A DNA stretch of 63,903 nt, the filler included. It is 4 parts of 4 records of this genome, joined end to end, with 100 filler letters (N's around TTAATTAATTAA, not from the genome) between each part and the next. Parts side by side here need not be neighbours in the genome. Positions count along the whole stretch, not along the records: positions 47,970 to 63,903 come from SRR31156797_1508; 3 more parts are not named here. One strand, 5' to 3'. Below are positions 50,972-60,227 of this stretch, in pieces. Positions within the stretch are counted from its first letter, which is position 1. Every line of letters begins with the position of its first letter. The translations under genes and the position numbers were made by a program. The notes beneath the pieces are model-generated. The model was not told the DNA's origin and did not search any database. It was given only the letters and a program-made list of their open reading frames with translations.

Positions 50972-53545
50972 TCAGGCTCCTGCTCCGCTTGCCAGTAGTT
51001 TGTCCACTTCTCCCACGGTCATGGGCTTGTAAAAGAAATACCCCTGAACAAACTTGCACCCTTCATTTTCCAAGAACTCCAACTGGCCGGAAGTCTCTAC
51101 TCCTTCGGCAACGATCTTGAGACCAAGGGACTCCCCAAGAGAAAAGACCGTGCGCACAATAGCCTGACTATCTGCGTCAGTTTCCACGTCGATAACAAAA
51201 CTCCGATCCACCTTGACCACATCAATGGGGAACCTTTGCAAGTAGGACAAGGAAGAATAACCGGTTCCAAAATCATCAATGCAAATCCTGACACCAATAT
51301 CCTTCAAATGTTGAAGCATCTCTTCCGCAAGGGACGGGTTCTCCATAAGCGCGGATTCCGTAATCTCAATATTGAGAGAATCCGATCCCAACCCGGAATC
51401 TTCCAAAGCACGGGCAACCTGTCCACCCAACATGGAATGGCCAAAATGCTTCCCTGAGATATTAATATTGATGGTCAACTCGCTGCCAGACTTAACCCCG
51501 AGAACAGTCTGCCAGCGTTTAACTTGCGCACACGCTTCTTCAAGGACAAGATTGTCGATGGAATAGATCAATCCGGTATCCTCGGCCAAAGAAATAAAGT
51601 CGACCGGGCCAATGATGCCGTGTTCCGGGTGCCGCCAACGAACCAATGCTTCAAAACCGCAAACCCTGCGCGTATCAAGCCGCACGATGGGTTGATAATA
51701 CACTTCGAATTCACGCAAATCCACAGCACGACGCAGGTCGGTCTCCAATTCCATCAACTGCAATGCCTGATCATGCATCTTGCGGTTGAACACTTTAAAT
51801 CTGGATTTACCCAACTCCTTGGCGCGGTACATGGCGGTATCAGCATCCCGCAGCAGGGCTTCGGGACGATCATAGCCATCAGTCTTAAGCACAATTCCGA
51901 GTGATGCCGAAGTAAAGACTTCGTTGCCACCAATATTAAACGGCTGTCGGACCCCTTCGAGAATACGACGGGCAATGGCTATCGCGTCCTTAGGGGCGGA
52001 TATTTCTTCCTGCAAAATAGCAAACTCATCACCACCAAACCGAGCAATGGTATCCACGGACCGACCACAGCTTTCCAAGACTCGAGCAACTCCACGCAAA
52101 AGCTCGTCACCGGCATCATGTCCCAAAGAGTCATTCACGACTTTAAAACGATTAAGATCCATATACAGGACCGCAAACATGTGCTTACGGCGACGAGACC
52201 GTTCCATGGCCATACGCAGATGATCGAGGAACAAGGCTCGGTTAGGCAGACCAGTCAACGGATCATGAAAAGCCTGACGCTTCAGCTGATCTTCAGCCTT
52301 CTTGCGCATGGTAATGTCTTCTATAGACCCTTCATAACACATCAGGTTGCCTTCACTATCCACGATCTTGCGCACATTTTCAGCGATCCATATGATGCGT
52401 CCATCTCGTTTGCGCACCTTGGAGATGAAATTCTTGATTTCATCCTTGCCTTCAAAATTTTTCAAAAATTCCTTACGCCGACTCGGGTCCACGTACATCT
52501 GTGTGCCAATGTCATAAATGGAACTCATGAGATCTTCCGGAGACTTGTACCCAAGGATACGGGCAAGGGCCGGATTGGTATCCTGAAAACGCCCACTGGG
52601 GGAGGACTGATAAATCCCCTCAACAGCGTTCTCAAAAATAGCACGATACTTTTTCTCAGCCTTACGCAAAGCGTCACCGATCACCTTTCTTTCGGCAATC
52701 TCGATCTTCAGCTGAGTGTTGGTCCGCATAAGCTCGCTGGTCCGTTCATCAACCTTCTGCTTCAAGGCATCACGTGCATCCTGAAGTTGATGCGTCTTTT
52801 GCCGGACACGATCTTCAAGATTACTCACCAACTCAGAAATCTGCCCGGTCATAGCATTCATGGCCTTGGCCAATTGCCCCACTTCATCATTGGATTTGAT
52901 ATCTGGAACATTGGTAAAATCCTTGACCGCAACACGCCCTGCGTACTCAGACAACTCCGTCAACGGTTTGGAAATATTCAAGACAAAAACAAATGCCAAC
53001 AACACGCTGGCACCAAAAAGGATAAGCATGACAACTTGCTGTTCGAGCACAGCTTCCTGAATATTCTGTCGAATAACCGCCATATCCATACCGATATGTA
53101 CATAACCTGCTATGCCGGTCAGAATAGGGCTTGTCACATGCAAAAATTCTTCCCCGTCCAGCTGCACATTACGAATAATGTGCTCCTCCTGATTATGCTG
53201 GAAAGATGTCTCGGCAACCATGTGAGACACTGCATCTGGCACGTCGGGAACAAACGTATGTGCGAGAGTTCTTCCCTCTTCGTCAGCAACCAAAACATAC
53301 GAGACGCCTGCGATAGACTGATACTGATCTATACGGGACTGAACCGACCCAGCATCCTGACTCAATATGGTAGAAATATCAGATTCAGCGACACTCCGAG
53401 CCAAAGCAAGAGCTTTTGATTCATACTCGCGTGTCATTTCACGTTTGAGCCGATTACTAAATGTCAAAGAAGTCACAACAGCAATCATGCCGAAGACCAC
53501 GACCATGAAAATCAGTGGTTTAATAAAAAGTTTAGGAGCTTTCAT
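50972..53545 (-). CDS. Membrane-bound HAMP-PAS-GGDEF-EAL diguanylate cyclase/phosphodiesterase
   Basis: Two TMs flanking a periplasmic domain, HAMP, PAS, DPLTGLPNR, GGDEF, EAL, DDFGTGYSS; ATG at 53545 overlaps the upstream TAA. Confidence 0.95.
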   Translation of the reverse strand: MKAPKLFIKPLIFMVVVFGMIAVVTSLTFSNRLKREMTREYESKALALARSVAESDISTILSQDAGSVQSRIDQYQSIAGVSYVLVADEEGRTLAHTFVPDVPDAVSHMVAETSFQHNQEEHIIRNVQLDGEEFLHVTSPILTGIAGYVHIGMDMAVIRQNIQEAVLEQQVVMLILFGASVLLAFVFVLNISKPLTELSEYAGRVAVKDFTNVPDIKSNDEVGQLAKAMNAMTGQISELVSNLEDRVRQKTHQLQDARDALKQKVDERTSELMRTNTQLKIEIAERKVIGDALRKAEKKYRAIFENAVEGIYQSSPSGRFQDTNPALARILGYKSPEDLMSSIYDIGTQMYVDPSRRKEFLKNFEGKDEIKNFISKVRKRDGRIIWIAENVRKIVDSEGNLMCYEGSIEDITMRKKAEDQLKRQAFHDPLTGLPNRALFLDHLRMAMERSRRRKHMFAVLYMDLNRFKVVNDSLGHDAGDELLRGVARVLESCGRSVDTIARFGGDEFAILQEEISAPKDAIAIARRILEGVRQPFNIGGNEVFTSASLGIVLKTDGYDRPEALLRDADTAMYRAKELGKSRFKVFNRKMHDQALQLMELETDLRRAVDLREFEVYYQPIVRLDTRRVCGFEALVRWRHPEHGIIGPVDFISLAEDTGLIYSIDNLVLEEACAQVKRWQTVLGVKSGSELTININISGKHFGHSMLGGQVARALEDSGLGSDSLNIEITESALMENPSLAEEMLQHLKDIGVRICIDDFGTGYSSLSYLQRFPIDVVKVDRSFVIDVETDADSQAIVRTVFSLGESLGLKIVAEGVETSGQLEFLENEGCKFVQGYFFYKPMTVGEVDKLLASGAGA

Positions 53546-54885
53546 TATCGCCACTGCTCCCAATCTTCAACGGCCTGAAACAAGCCATCAATCACCGTCG
53601 TAAAATACACGGTGTCCAACCCTTGGTGACCATTCCGGCTAAAATCGGCTTTGACACCAATACCAAGATCAAAATCTTTTATGGAAGCTAACACTTCTGG
53701 AATCCGTGTTTTCAGAGGATTATCCGCCATGCGCGTAACCATCTCACCCAACACAATGCCATTAAGAAATCCCTCAAAACTTACATAACTGAACTTTCTT
53801 GGCGTATAGTCATCATTTTGAGCTACAGGCTCATAGTGATAATCTTCCATAATCTTACGATACAGCCGCACACCCGGCAGACTCTCATCCGTATAACTTG
53901 GTACCACCTGAGAATTAATCAGGTTATTTGTATAATCCCTGTGCACACGATTCCCTTCTGTCACCAACATTTCAAGCATCTTGTCACTGTCAGCAAAAGA
54001 CAACCCTGCGATAGGAGCCTGATACCCTGCGTTTCGTGCATCACGAATAAAGGCCGCCTGAGAGGCGTAAGTGCCCACAACAATTATAGCTTCAGGGTCG
54101 GATTCCATCAGTAAGGCAACCTCGGAAGAAAAATCCTGCGAAAAGGAAGCGCCGCGCCGATAAGCAGCTTCGCCGGAGACAAGCAGACCGTGCCGCTCTA
54201 GAGCTCTGTGCACACCATCCCAACCTGTTCGCCCGTAGGCGTCGCTCTGATAAAACACCCCTATACGCTTCCGCCCAATCGCAACGAGTCTGTCCACCAA
54301 TCCACGAGTTTCATCAAAATAAGATGCCCGGAGATTATACACATACTTGCCAAACGGTTCTGCTCGCAATGGCTGTGCGCCGGTAAAGGGGAAAAGTAAA
54401 AAAATATTTCTGTCTTCAAACTTTTGAAGCAATGGAAGAATATGTGTTGTGGTCGGTGTTCCTACATAAGAAAAAAGCGCGAACACATCATCATGGTCGA
54501 TAAAACGAATAGTATTCTGAAAACAAGGAGCAGGGTTATACCCATCGTTGGCAGGGATAACTTTGATGGTCCAACCATTTGCTCCGCCTGAAGCATTAAA
54601 ATGGTCGATATACGCCATAAAACCACGGTAAAATTCTATGCCGAGTTCACTATTAGCACCGGTAAAGGCGGCAGACATACCAAACGTCAACTCACGAGAG
54701 GCATCCGCTCTGGCTGGGACGCCGGATAAGGCCAGACACGCAAGCAGAAGCAGGGTCGTTGCACAACGCAATATGAAACTCCTTTTTAGCACGGACAATT
54801 TATGCCATTCATACAAAAAAAGCGCAACCAATCTACTACTTTTCCTTGGCTGGCACGCGGATGAAATTTCGTTCAATACCAACAC
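53545..54885 (-). CDS. Periplasmic binding protein type I (LivJ-like); true start probably downstream of 54885
   Basis: Signal-like LLLLACLALSGVPARA, FGMSAAFTG, DGYNP, YVGTPT, PFTGA, NLRASY, QVVP, SFEGF. Confidence 0.85.
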   Translation of the reverse strand: MLVLNEISSACQPRKSSRLVALFLYEWHKLSVLKRSFILRCATTLLLLACLALSGVPARADASRELTFGMSAAFTGANSELGIEFYRGFMAYIDHFNASGGANGWTIKVIPANDGYNPAPCFQNTIRFIDHDDVFALFSYVGTPTTTHILPLLQKFEDRNIFLLFPFTGAQPLRAEPFGKYVYNLRASYFDETRGLVDRLVAIGRKRIGVFYQSDAYGRTGWDGVHRALERHGLLVSGEAAYRRGASFSQDFSSEVALLMESDPEAIIVVGTYASQAAFIRDARNAGYQAPIAGLSFADSDKMLEMLVTEGNRVHRDYTNNLINSQVVPSYTDESLPGVRLYRKIMEDYHYEPVAQNDDYTPRKFSYVSFEGFLNGIVLGEMVTRMADNPLKTRIPEVLASIKDFDLGIGVKADFSRNGHQGLDTVYFTTVIDGLFQAVEDWEQWR

Positions 54886-54979
54886 ACTCCATACACACCG
54901 TCAGAGCCGTGGCATGTATGAATAAAGAACACATTTTACAATGCGTTCAACTATAAAACCGTACTTTCTAAGTGGGAGA

Positions 54980-55459
54980 TTAAACGGCGTGAACGAACTC
55001 ACAACTCATGGAACCGTCTTCATCAACAGTCACTAGAGCTAAAGAACCAGACTCTCCTAAAGACCCTGGATTGAGAAGCTGAACGTTTTCAACCACTGAC
55101 CAATCTCTGGCATGGGTATGTCCATAGCAGACCAAATCATACTCTTCCCCAAAGGCCTGAGCCACGACAGCCGGCACTTGGGGACGCGGTCCCCACCCAT
55201 GGGTGACGCCAACAGTCAATGGTCCCAGTTTGACGGACAACATGGGTTTGAGCATATCAGCCAATTGTGGGTCCCAGTCGCAATTACCACGCACACAGAT
55301 AAAATGATCATGTTGCATAAAATAGGACCAAGTCGCAAAGGAAGTGATGTCGCCGCAATGCACAAGTACATCGGCAGGAGCGAGCCACGTAGAATACACT
55401 TCATCAAGCCAGGCTGGAACCGAGCTCATGTGGGTATCCGAAATAACGGCAATCTTCAT
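54980..55459 (-). CDS. Metallophosphoesterase (YfcE/MJ0936 family)
   Basis: ISDTH, HCGD, VRGNCD, THG, YGHTH, NPGS. Confidence 0.92.
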   Translation of the reverse strand: MKIAVISDTHMSSVPAWLDEVYSTWLAPADVLVHCGDITSFATWSYFMQHDHFICVRGNCDWDPQLADMLKPMLSVKLGPLTVGVTHGWGPRPQVPAVVAQAFGEEYDLVCYGHTHARDWSVVENVQLLNPGSLGESGSLALVTVDEDGSMSCEFVHAV

Positions 55460-55486
55460 AGGAGAGGGGAATTATGTCTGAAAACG

Positions 55487-56311
55487 TTATTCAGCGACTT
55501 TCTTTGCGCGGAAGCGAATGTAGGCATCACGAACAGCAGCGTACTTGTCAACCGCACCTTCTGTCAGGACTTCGTATTCGTTACCCTTCAATTGAAGAGA
55601 TAGGGTGTTCAGATTATTGTAAACCCGAATCGCTGCGAATTCGATGAAAGTAAACCTGCCATAAGTAAGGGGATCACAGTATGCGTCTGCCACCCAACCC
55701 ACTGACTCGCGGATGGAACTGGGACCAATAAACGGCCAGACCAGATAAACACCATGTCCAATACCGGCCTTGCCCAACGTCTGACCAAAGCCGTCTGCCG
55801 TGGGACGTTCCGGTTCCCAGTTACGAGGTGTGCCGCTGGTCACGTCACCCAAACCAAGAATACCAAAAGAGGTGTTAGCAATAAATTTGGACGTTTCCAT
55901 ATAGGCTGCGTCAAATTTACCCGTCAAAATATTATTAAGAAAGCGAACAGGAAACAACAGGTTGGTGAAGAAGTTATTCACCCAGGTACGGGGCTTGGCA
56001 GGAACCAGCCACGCATACCCTTCCGCTGTTGGACGGAAAAGGCCGTGATAAAGCGCATCGTTGATCTCGAACCAGACTCTATTCCAATAATAAAGGGGAT
56101 CTGCCACGAGTTTGTGTTCAGCGTAATCACCGTCAATATCATCAAAATCGTCTTCGTCGCTGATATCGCCAGCAGAGAACTGAGCAAGCTGGACCTGATC
56201 ATCAAGGATATCGGCGTCAGCCGCAAAAGAAGCCCCCGCAAATCCCAAAAGGAGAGCAGTGACCACCAGAAGAGTCAGCAGATTTCGACGTATTTCAGGA
56301 CCTGTTTTCAC
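55487..56311 (-). CDS. mlaA: MlaA/VacJ family phospholipid transport protein
   Basis: DPLYYWNR, NFFTNL, NTSFGILGL.DV, FGQTLG, YLVWPFIGPSS.R. Confidence 0.92.
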   Translation of the reverse strand: MKTGPEIRRNLLTLLVVTALLLGFAGASFAADADILDDQVQLAQFSAGDISDEDDFDDIDGDYAEHKLVADPLYYWNRVWFEINDALYHGLFRPTAEGYAWLVPAKPRTWVNNFFTNLLFPVRFLNNILTGKFDAAYMETSKFIANTSFGILGLGDVTSGTPRNWEPERPTADGFGQTLGKAGIGHGVYLVWPFIGPSSIRESVGWVADAYCDPLTYGRFTFIEFAAIRVYNNLNTLSLQLKGNEYEVLTEGAVDKYAAVRDAYIRFRAKKVAE

Positions 56312-56955
56312 GGCGCAGGCTCTTCCTTATCTTTATCGTCAGGATCATCTGTATCGAGTTTTTCAACCCGTTCATTAATCAATTTCAACAAATCCTCTGG
56401 CGTTCCTTCTTTGAGTACCGAGGAAAATTGACTCCGATAATTCATCACAAGGCTCACACCTTCTGCGACAACATCGTAAATCATCCATTCTCCATGAACG
56501 ATTTTCAAACGAAATTCAACTACAATCTTTTTGTCTTTGTCAATTATTTCCGTAAAGACCTTTGCCTTATTGCCGGAAACAAGCTCTTTTTTGTAGTCGA
56601 CCTTCTCTCCATTGTATGCCGGAATACGTTGCAGATAAGACCGCTCCAAAAGGCGAACAAAAGCTTCAACCAAGTCGGTGCGCATTTCTGGCGTCATCTT
56701 GAGCCAAGGCTTACCGACCGCATATTTGGTCACCAAACCAAAATCGATATACTTCTCAGAAGCTTTACGCAGACGAGTAATGGCTGCATCGTGTTTACTA
56801 GGATCCACCATGTCTGGATCGGACAACATCTTTATCAACGTGTCCGTTCCTTCCTTGACCCGATCCATCGGAGTCTGGTCAGCCAAAGCAGCAGAGCCGC
56901 TCCCGACAAACAGACAAACCAAAACCAACGGTAACAGTATCTTTTTCAACAACAT
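56308..56955 (-). CDS. mlaC: MlaC/Ttg2D phospholipid-binding protein
   Basis: IDFGLVTKYAVG.W, WMIYDVVAEGVSLVMNYRSQF. Confidence 0.92.
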   Translation of the reverse strand: MLLKKILLPLVLVCLFVGSGSAALADQTPMDRVKEGTDTLIKMLSDPDMVDPSKHDAAITRLRKASEKYIDFGLVTKYAVGKPWLKMTPEMRTDLVEAFVRLLERSYLQRIPAYNGEKVDYKKELVSGNKAKVFTEIIDKDKKIVVEFRLKIVHGEWMIYDVVAEGVSLVMNYRSQFSSVLKEGTPEDLLKLINERVEKLDTDDPDDKDKEEPAP

Positions 56956-56976
56956 GCAGGTCCCTTCACGCAAAAA

Positions 56977-57423
56977 TTATACTTTTCCAAAGGCAAATTT
57001 ACTAATCAAATCTTCAAGGTCTATAGCAGACTGAGTGTCAAACAAGGTGTCTCCGGGATTCACGGGATCACCAAGTCCGCCGGGCACTATCTTTACAAAC
57101 TTGTCCCCGATAAGGCCGCTGGTCTTAATGGCAGCAATAGCGTCATCAGTCAACTTCACCTTCTTGTCGAGCATCATCGTGATAGCAGCCACGCCTTTTT
57201 CCTGATCCAAACCTATCTCACTCACAAATCCGATTTCCACACCGAACATTTGAATGGGGGCGTTCACCTTGAGTCCGGAAATATCCGTAAAGTTGGCTTT
57301 CACCACATAATATTTATCTGTGAACAACTGCACGTTGCCCAACTTGACGCTCATGTAGACCACGGCGAGCAAACCCATGACTACAAAAATTCCTACTGCG
57401 GTTTCTTTCTTCATTTTCAACAT
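56977..57423 (-). CDS. mlaD: MlaD MCE-domain protein
   Basis: ETAVGIF, ISGLKVNAPI..GVEIG.V, IKTSGLIGDKFV.I.PG, TQSAIDLEDLISKF. Confidence 0.93.
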   Translation of the reverse strand: MLKMKKETAVGIFVVMGLLAVVYMSVKLGNVQLFTDKYYVVKANFTDISGLKVNAPIQMFGVEIGFVSEIGLDQEKGVAAITMMLDKKVKLTDDAIAAIKTSGLIGDKFVKIVPGGLGDPVNPGDTLFDTQSAIDLEDLISKFAFGKV

Positions 57424-58286
57424 CGGTCACCCTTTCGGATCGTTGTTTTTTCGCCAAGTATCTTATTACAATTGAGCTTCATCATGGACGGATCCAATGG
57501 CGGCATTGTCAGCCGGGGAGCAGACCGCTCCTCAGTGGTTCGATCCAGAAAATGTCTCAGATATGGATCTTTGGTTTTCTCAAGATCGTCGATCGTCCCT
57601 TGATACAAACATTTATGCTCTCCAAGAATCACGACAAAATCAGCCAAGGCCCGCATACTTGAGAGGTCATGAGTGACCACGACCATGGTCATGTCAAAAT
57701 GACACATCATCTCAAGTAAAAGCTGATCCAACTCAGCGGACAAAATCGGATCCAGCCCGGATGTTGGTTCATCACAGAACAAAACTTGTGGGTCCATGAC
57801 CAGAGCTCGGGCCAACCCAGCCCGTTTGCGCATGCCGCCGGACAGTTCATTGGGATACAGTTCCAACGCATGGCCAAGACCGACCATTTCCAATCGATCC
57901 TGCACAATGCGCATTATCTGCGCTTCTCCAAGTTTAGTATGCTCACGAAGCGGCAAAGCTACGTTATCCTTGAGTCGAAGCGACCCCAGCATCGCGCCGT
58001 CCTGAAACAGGACACCGGTTCTCTGTCTGAGGCAATGCTGCTCTTTTGCTGATATGGCGCTGACATCATGTCCGCCCATAAAAATTTTCCCAGCAATGGG
58101 GGCCTGAAGTTGCAGAATATGCCTGATAAGTGTGGATTTACCACAGCCCGAACCGCCAACGACCATAGAAAGTTTCCCACCCGGAAACTCAATATTCAGA
58201 TCACTGACCACTGGCCTGCCACCGTACCCGACGGCCAAATCCTCAAGTCGTATGTTTGGTGCGCTACTCACGACCACCCCTACCAC
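57417..58286 (-). CDS. mlaF: MlaF ABC ATPase
   Basis: GGSGCGKST, LFQDGA, LSGGMRKRAGLARA, CDEPTSGLDP, VTHD. Confidence 0.93.
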   Translation of the reverse strand: MVGVVVSSAPNIRLEDLAVGYGGRPVVSDLNIEFPGGKLSMVVGGSGCGKSTLIRHILQLQAPIAGKIFMGGHDVSAISAKEQHCLRQRTGVLFQDGAMLGSLRLKDNVALPLREHTKLGEAQIMRIVQDRLEMVGLGHALELYPNELSGGMRKRAGLARALVMDPQVLFCDEPTSGLDPILSAELDQLLLEMMCHFDMTMVVVTHDLSSMRALADFVVILGEHKCLYQGTIDDLEKTKDPYLRHFLDRTTEERSAPRLTMPPLDPSMMKLNCNKILGEKTTIRKGDRC

Positions 58287-59086
58287 AACAGCGACGTTAA
58301 CACGTAATCCGCCGCCAACGTTATTACACAGGACTTGACCACGGCATTGGTTGTGGATTGGCTCACCCCTTCCGGCCCTGCGTGACCGGAACGAATATGG
58401 GTGTAGTACCCTTCAAAACAACACACGGTACATACAAGCAAACCGAACACGATGGATTTAACAAATCCACCTTCGATATCCTCCCAACCCAATGCCCCAT
58501 TGACTCGCGACCAGTAGACTCCTGCATTGGCTCCCAGCAATTTGACGCCGGTCAGCCATCCGCCCCACAGGGCGATCAGATTAAAAAATGCGGTCAAAAT
58601 AGGGAAGCTGATCAGGCAGGCAGCCATTTTAGGGGCCACCAGATAACGCATGGGATTGATATCCATAATCGTCAGGGCATCAATCTGTTCGGAAATACGC
58701 ATGACACCGATTTCAGCAGTCATGGCGGAACCGGCCCGACCCGTCAGCATAATCGCCGTGAGAACCGGGGCCAACTCACGGACCATGGACAAGGCGACAC
58801 CTGTCCCAAGGAACCCGTCCGCACCAAACACGGAAAGAGCATAATAGAGCTGCATGCCCATGACCATGCCAGTAAAAAGGCCAATCAAAGCAATAACGCT
58901 CACGGACTGAACGCCTATAAAATATATCTGACGAACTATCTTGGAGAATTGCCCCCGACCAGCAAAAATCAGACGCAACGAATCAAGGAGGAAAAGAAAC
59001 ATCCCCCCGATTTCATCAACAATTTCCCGACACAGTGTACAGGGAAACAAGATAGGTATGGAAAACTCCCGCGTCTTATCAGCCAT
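58280..59086 (-). CDS. mlaE: MlaE ABC permease
   Basis: RELAPVLTA, GRAGSAMTAEIG.MRISEQIDAL, GVSQSTTNAVV. Confidence 0.95.
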   Translation of the reverse strand: MADKTREFSIPILFPCTLCREIVDEIGGMFLFLLDSLRLIFAGRGQFSKIVRQIYFIGVQSVSVIALIGLFTGMVMGMQLYYALSVFGADGFLGTGVALSMVRELAPVLTAIMLTGRAGSAMTAEIGVMRISEQIDALTIMDINPMRYLVAPKMAACLISFPILTAFFNLIALWGGWLTGVKLLGANAGVYWSRVNGALGWEDIEGGFVKSIVFGLLVCTVCCFEGYYTHIRSGHAGPEGVSQSTTNAVVKSCVITLAADYVLTSLLW

Positions 59087-59268
59087 AATTTACTCACATC
59101 ACTTATGATGTGTCATGAAAAAACCGTTCATTAAGCAAACAACCCAAGTACTATAAAGAGCAAAGTATCAAGTAAGCCATGTACCTAAAATACCATTAAA
59201 CAGCAAGACTGTAAGAACGTTCTCTTTACAATTCACGACTTTTTCCCGATTTTCCATACCACAGGTCT

Positions 59269-59883
59269 CTACTTTTTCCCGTCCTTGCCATTTTTGCGGG
59301 TCCACCAATCTGGGTCCGGCCCTAAAAACCACCAATCTTTATGGTCTGTCTTGGCAATGGTCTCGGCCAGCTCTTTTCCCCATTGAGTACGCACCCGCTG
59401 CAAGGCTGACTCCAGCCACTGGCCTGCATATTTATTGCCATGGTCAGACTCTTCCTTGAGGTTCATGATAAAGTCCAACTGGTCGGCATCCTGCGCCAAC
59501 TGGGCTTCAAGGGTTGCTGTTTCTTCCAACTCTTCCCAATATCCAAGCATTGCGTCTTCCAGACCAGTACCGCCGCAGGCGTGTTTCAGAGCTTCCGTTC
59601 GATCCGAGCTGTTATAGATCCGATTCACGTAGTTAAAGTCTCCGGTGCGTGCCTCATGTAAGTCATGAAACAGGCACATATACGTCGTACGAGCCACATC
59701 CGCATCAGCCATCAACGCAAGCACGTGCCCAATAACTGCTGTCCGAAAAGAATGTTCAGCCACATTCTCAGAGCCTGAACCCAAAAACTGATAGCCGGTT
59801 CTTGGTGTCTTGCGCAACATACCGCATTCGTTCAAAAAATCTACTATTCGGGTCAACTTGTCCCGACCTGTCATATCAACCAT
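59269..59883 (-). CDS. HD-domain phosphohydrolase (5'-deoxynucleotidase-like)
   Basis: RTGY, ENVAEHSFR, FHDLHEARTGD, DADQLD. Confidence 0.9.
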   Translation of the reverse strand: MVDMTGRDKLTRIVDFLNECGMLRKTPRTGYQFLGSGSENVAEHSFRTAVIGHVLALMADADVARTTYMCLFHDLHEARTGDFNYVNRIYNSSDRTEALKHACGGTGLEDAMLGYWEELEETATLEAQLAQDADQLDFIMNLKEESDHGNKYAGQWLESALQRVRTQWGKELAETIAKTDHKDWWFLGPDPDWWTRKNGKDGKK

Positions 59884-59887
59884 GAGG

Positions 59888-59968
59888 ATGCCTCCGGCGA
59901 CTGGGGGAAGAAAAAGGCTCTCCCTCTCTCTTCCCCCAGGCCCTCATCCCATCCCTTCAAAACTCTTT
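59888..59968. repeat. Palindromic intergenic element, resembling REP-like repeats of Desulfovibrionaceae
   Basis: ATGCCTCCGGCG leader, inverted repeat CTGGGGGAAGA (59901-59911) / TCTTCCCCCAG (59929-59939), tail CCCTTCAAAACTCTTT; the family resemblance is recalled, not searched. Confidence 0.5.
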
Positions 59969-60020
59969 ATTGCTGCTTCGTAGGGATAAAAATGAGAGCG
60001 TATTGCCTTAATTATTCTAT

Positions 60021-60218
60021 TTATTTGTCAGGGAAACGTTCGGAGCAAAGTTCTCCAGCCGCCCCCCAGTTGTCTTTGGGAACTTCTTCGATAATGACCG
60101 TCACGGCTTCAATCCGACAATCAAGAATTTTGACAATCTCACGGGTAAAAGTTTCCACGAGTTCGCGTTTCTTTTCCTTGGGCGTTCCAGCCCATGTCTG
60201 CAAAGTCAGTATCGGCAT
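60021..60218 (-). CDS. 4-oxalocrotonate tautomerase family protein
   Basis: 65 aa, N-terminal Pro after Met, EKKRELV, VTVIIEEVPKDNWG.AG. Confidence 0.9.
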   Translation of the reverse strand: MPILTLQTWAGTPKEKKRELVETFTREIVKILDCRIEAVTVIIEEVPKDNWGAAGELCSERFPDK

Positions 60219-60227
60219 TGTCTTCTC

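Noticed and set aside
52118..53419. 433-aa + strand ORF
   Set aside because: Antisense shadow of the well-supported GGDEF-EAL gene, with no recognisable motifs
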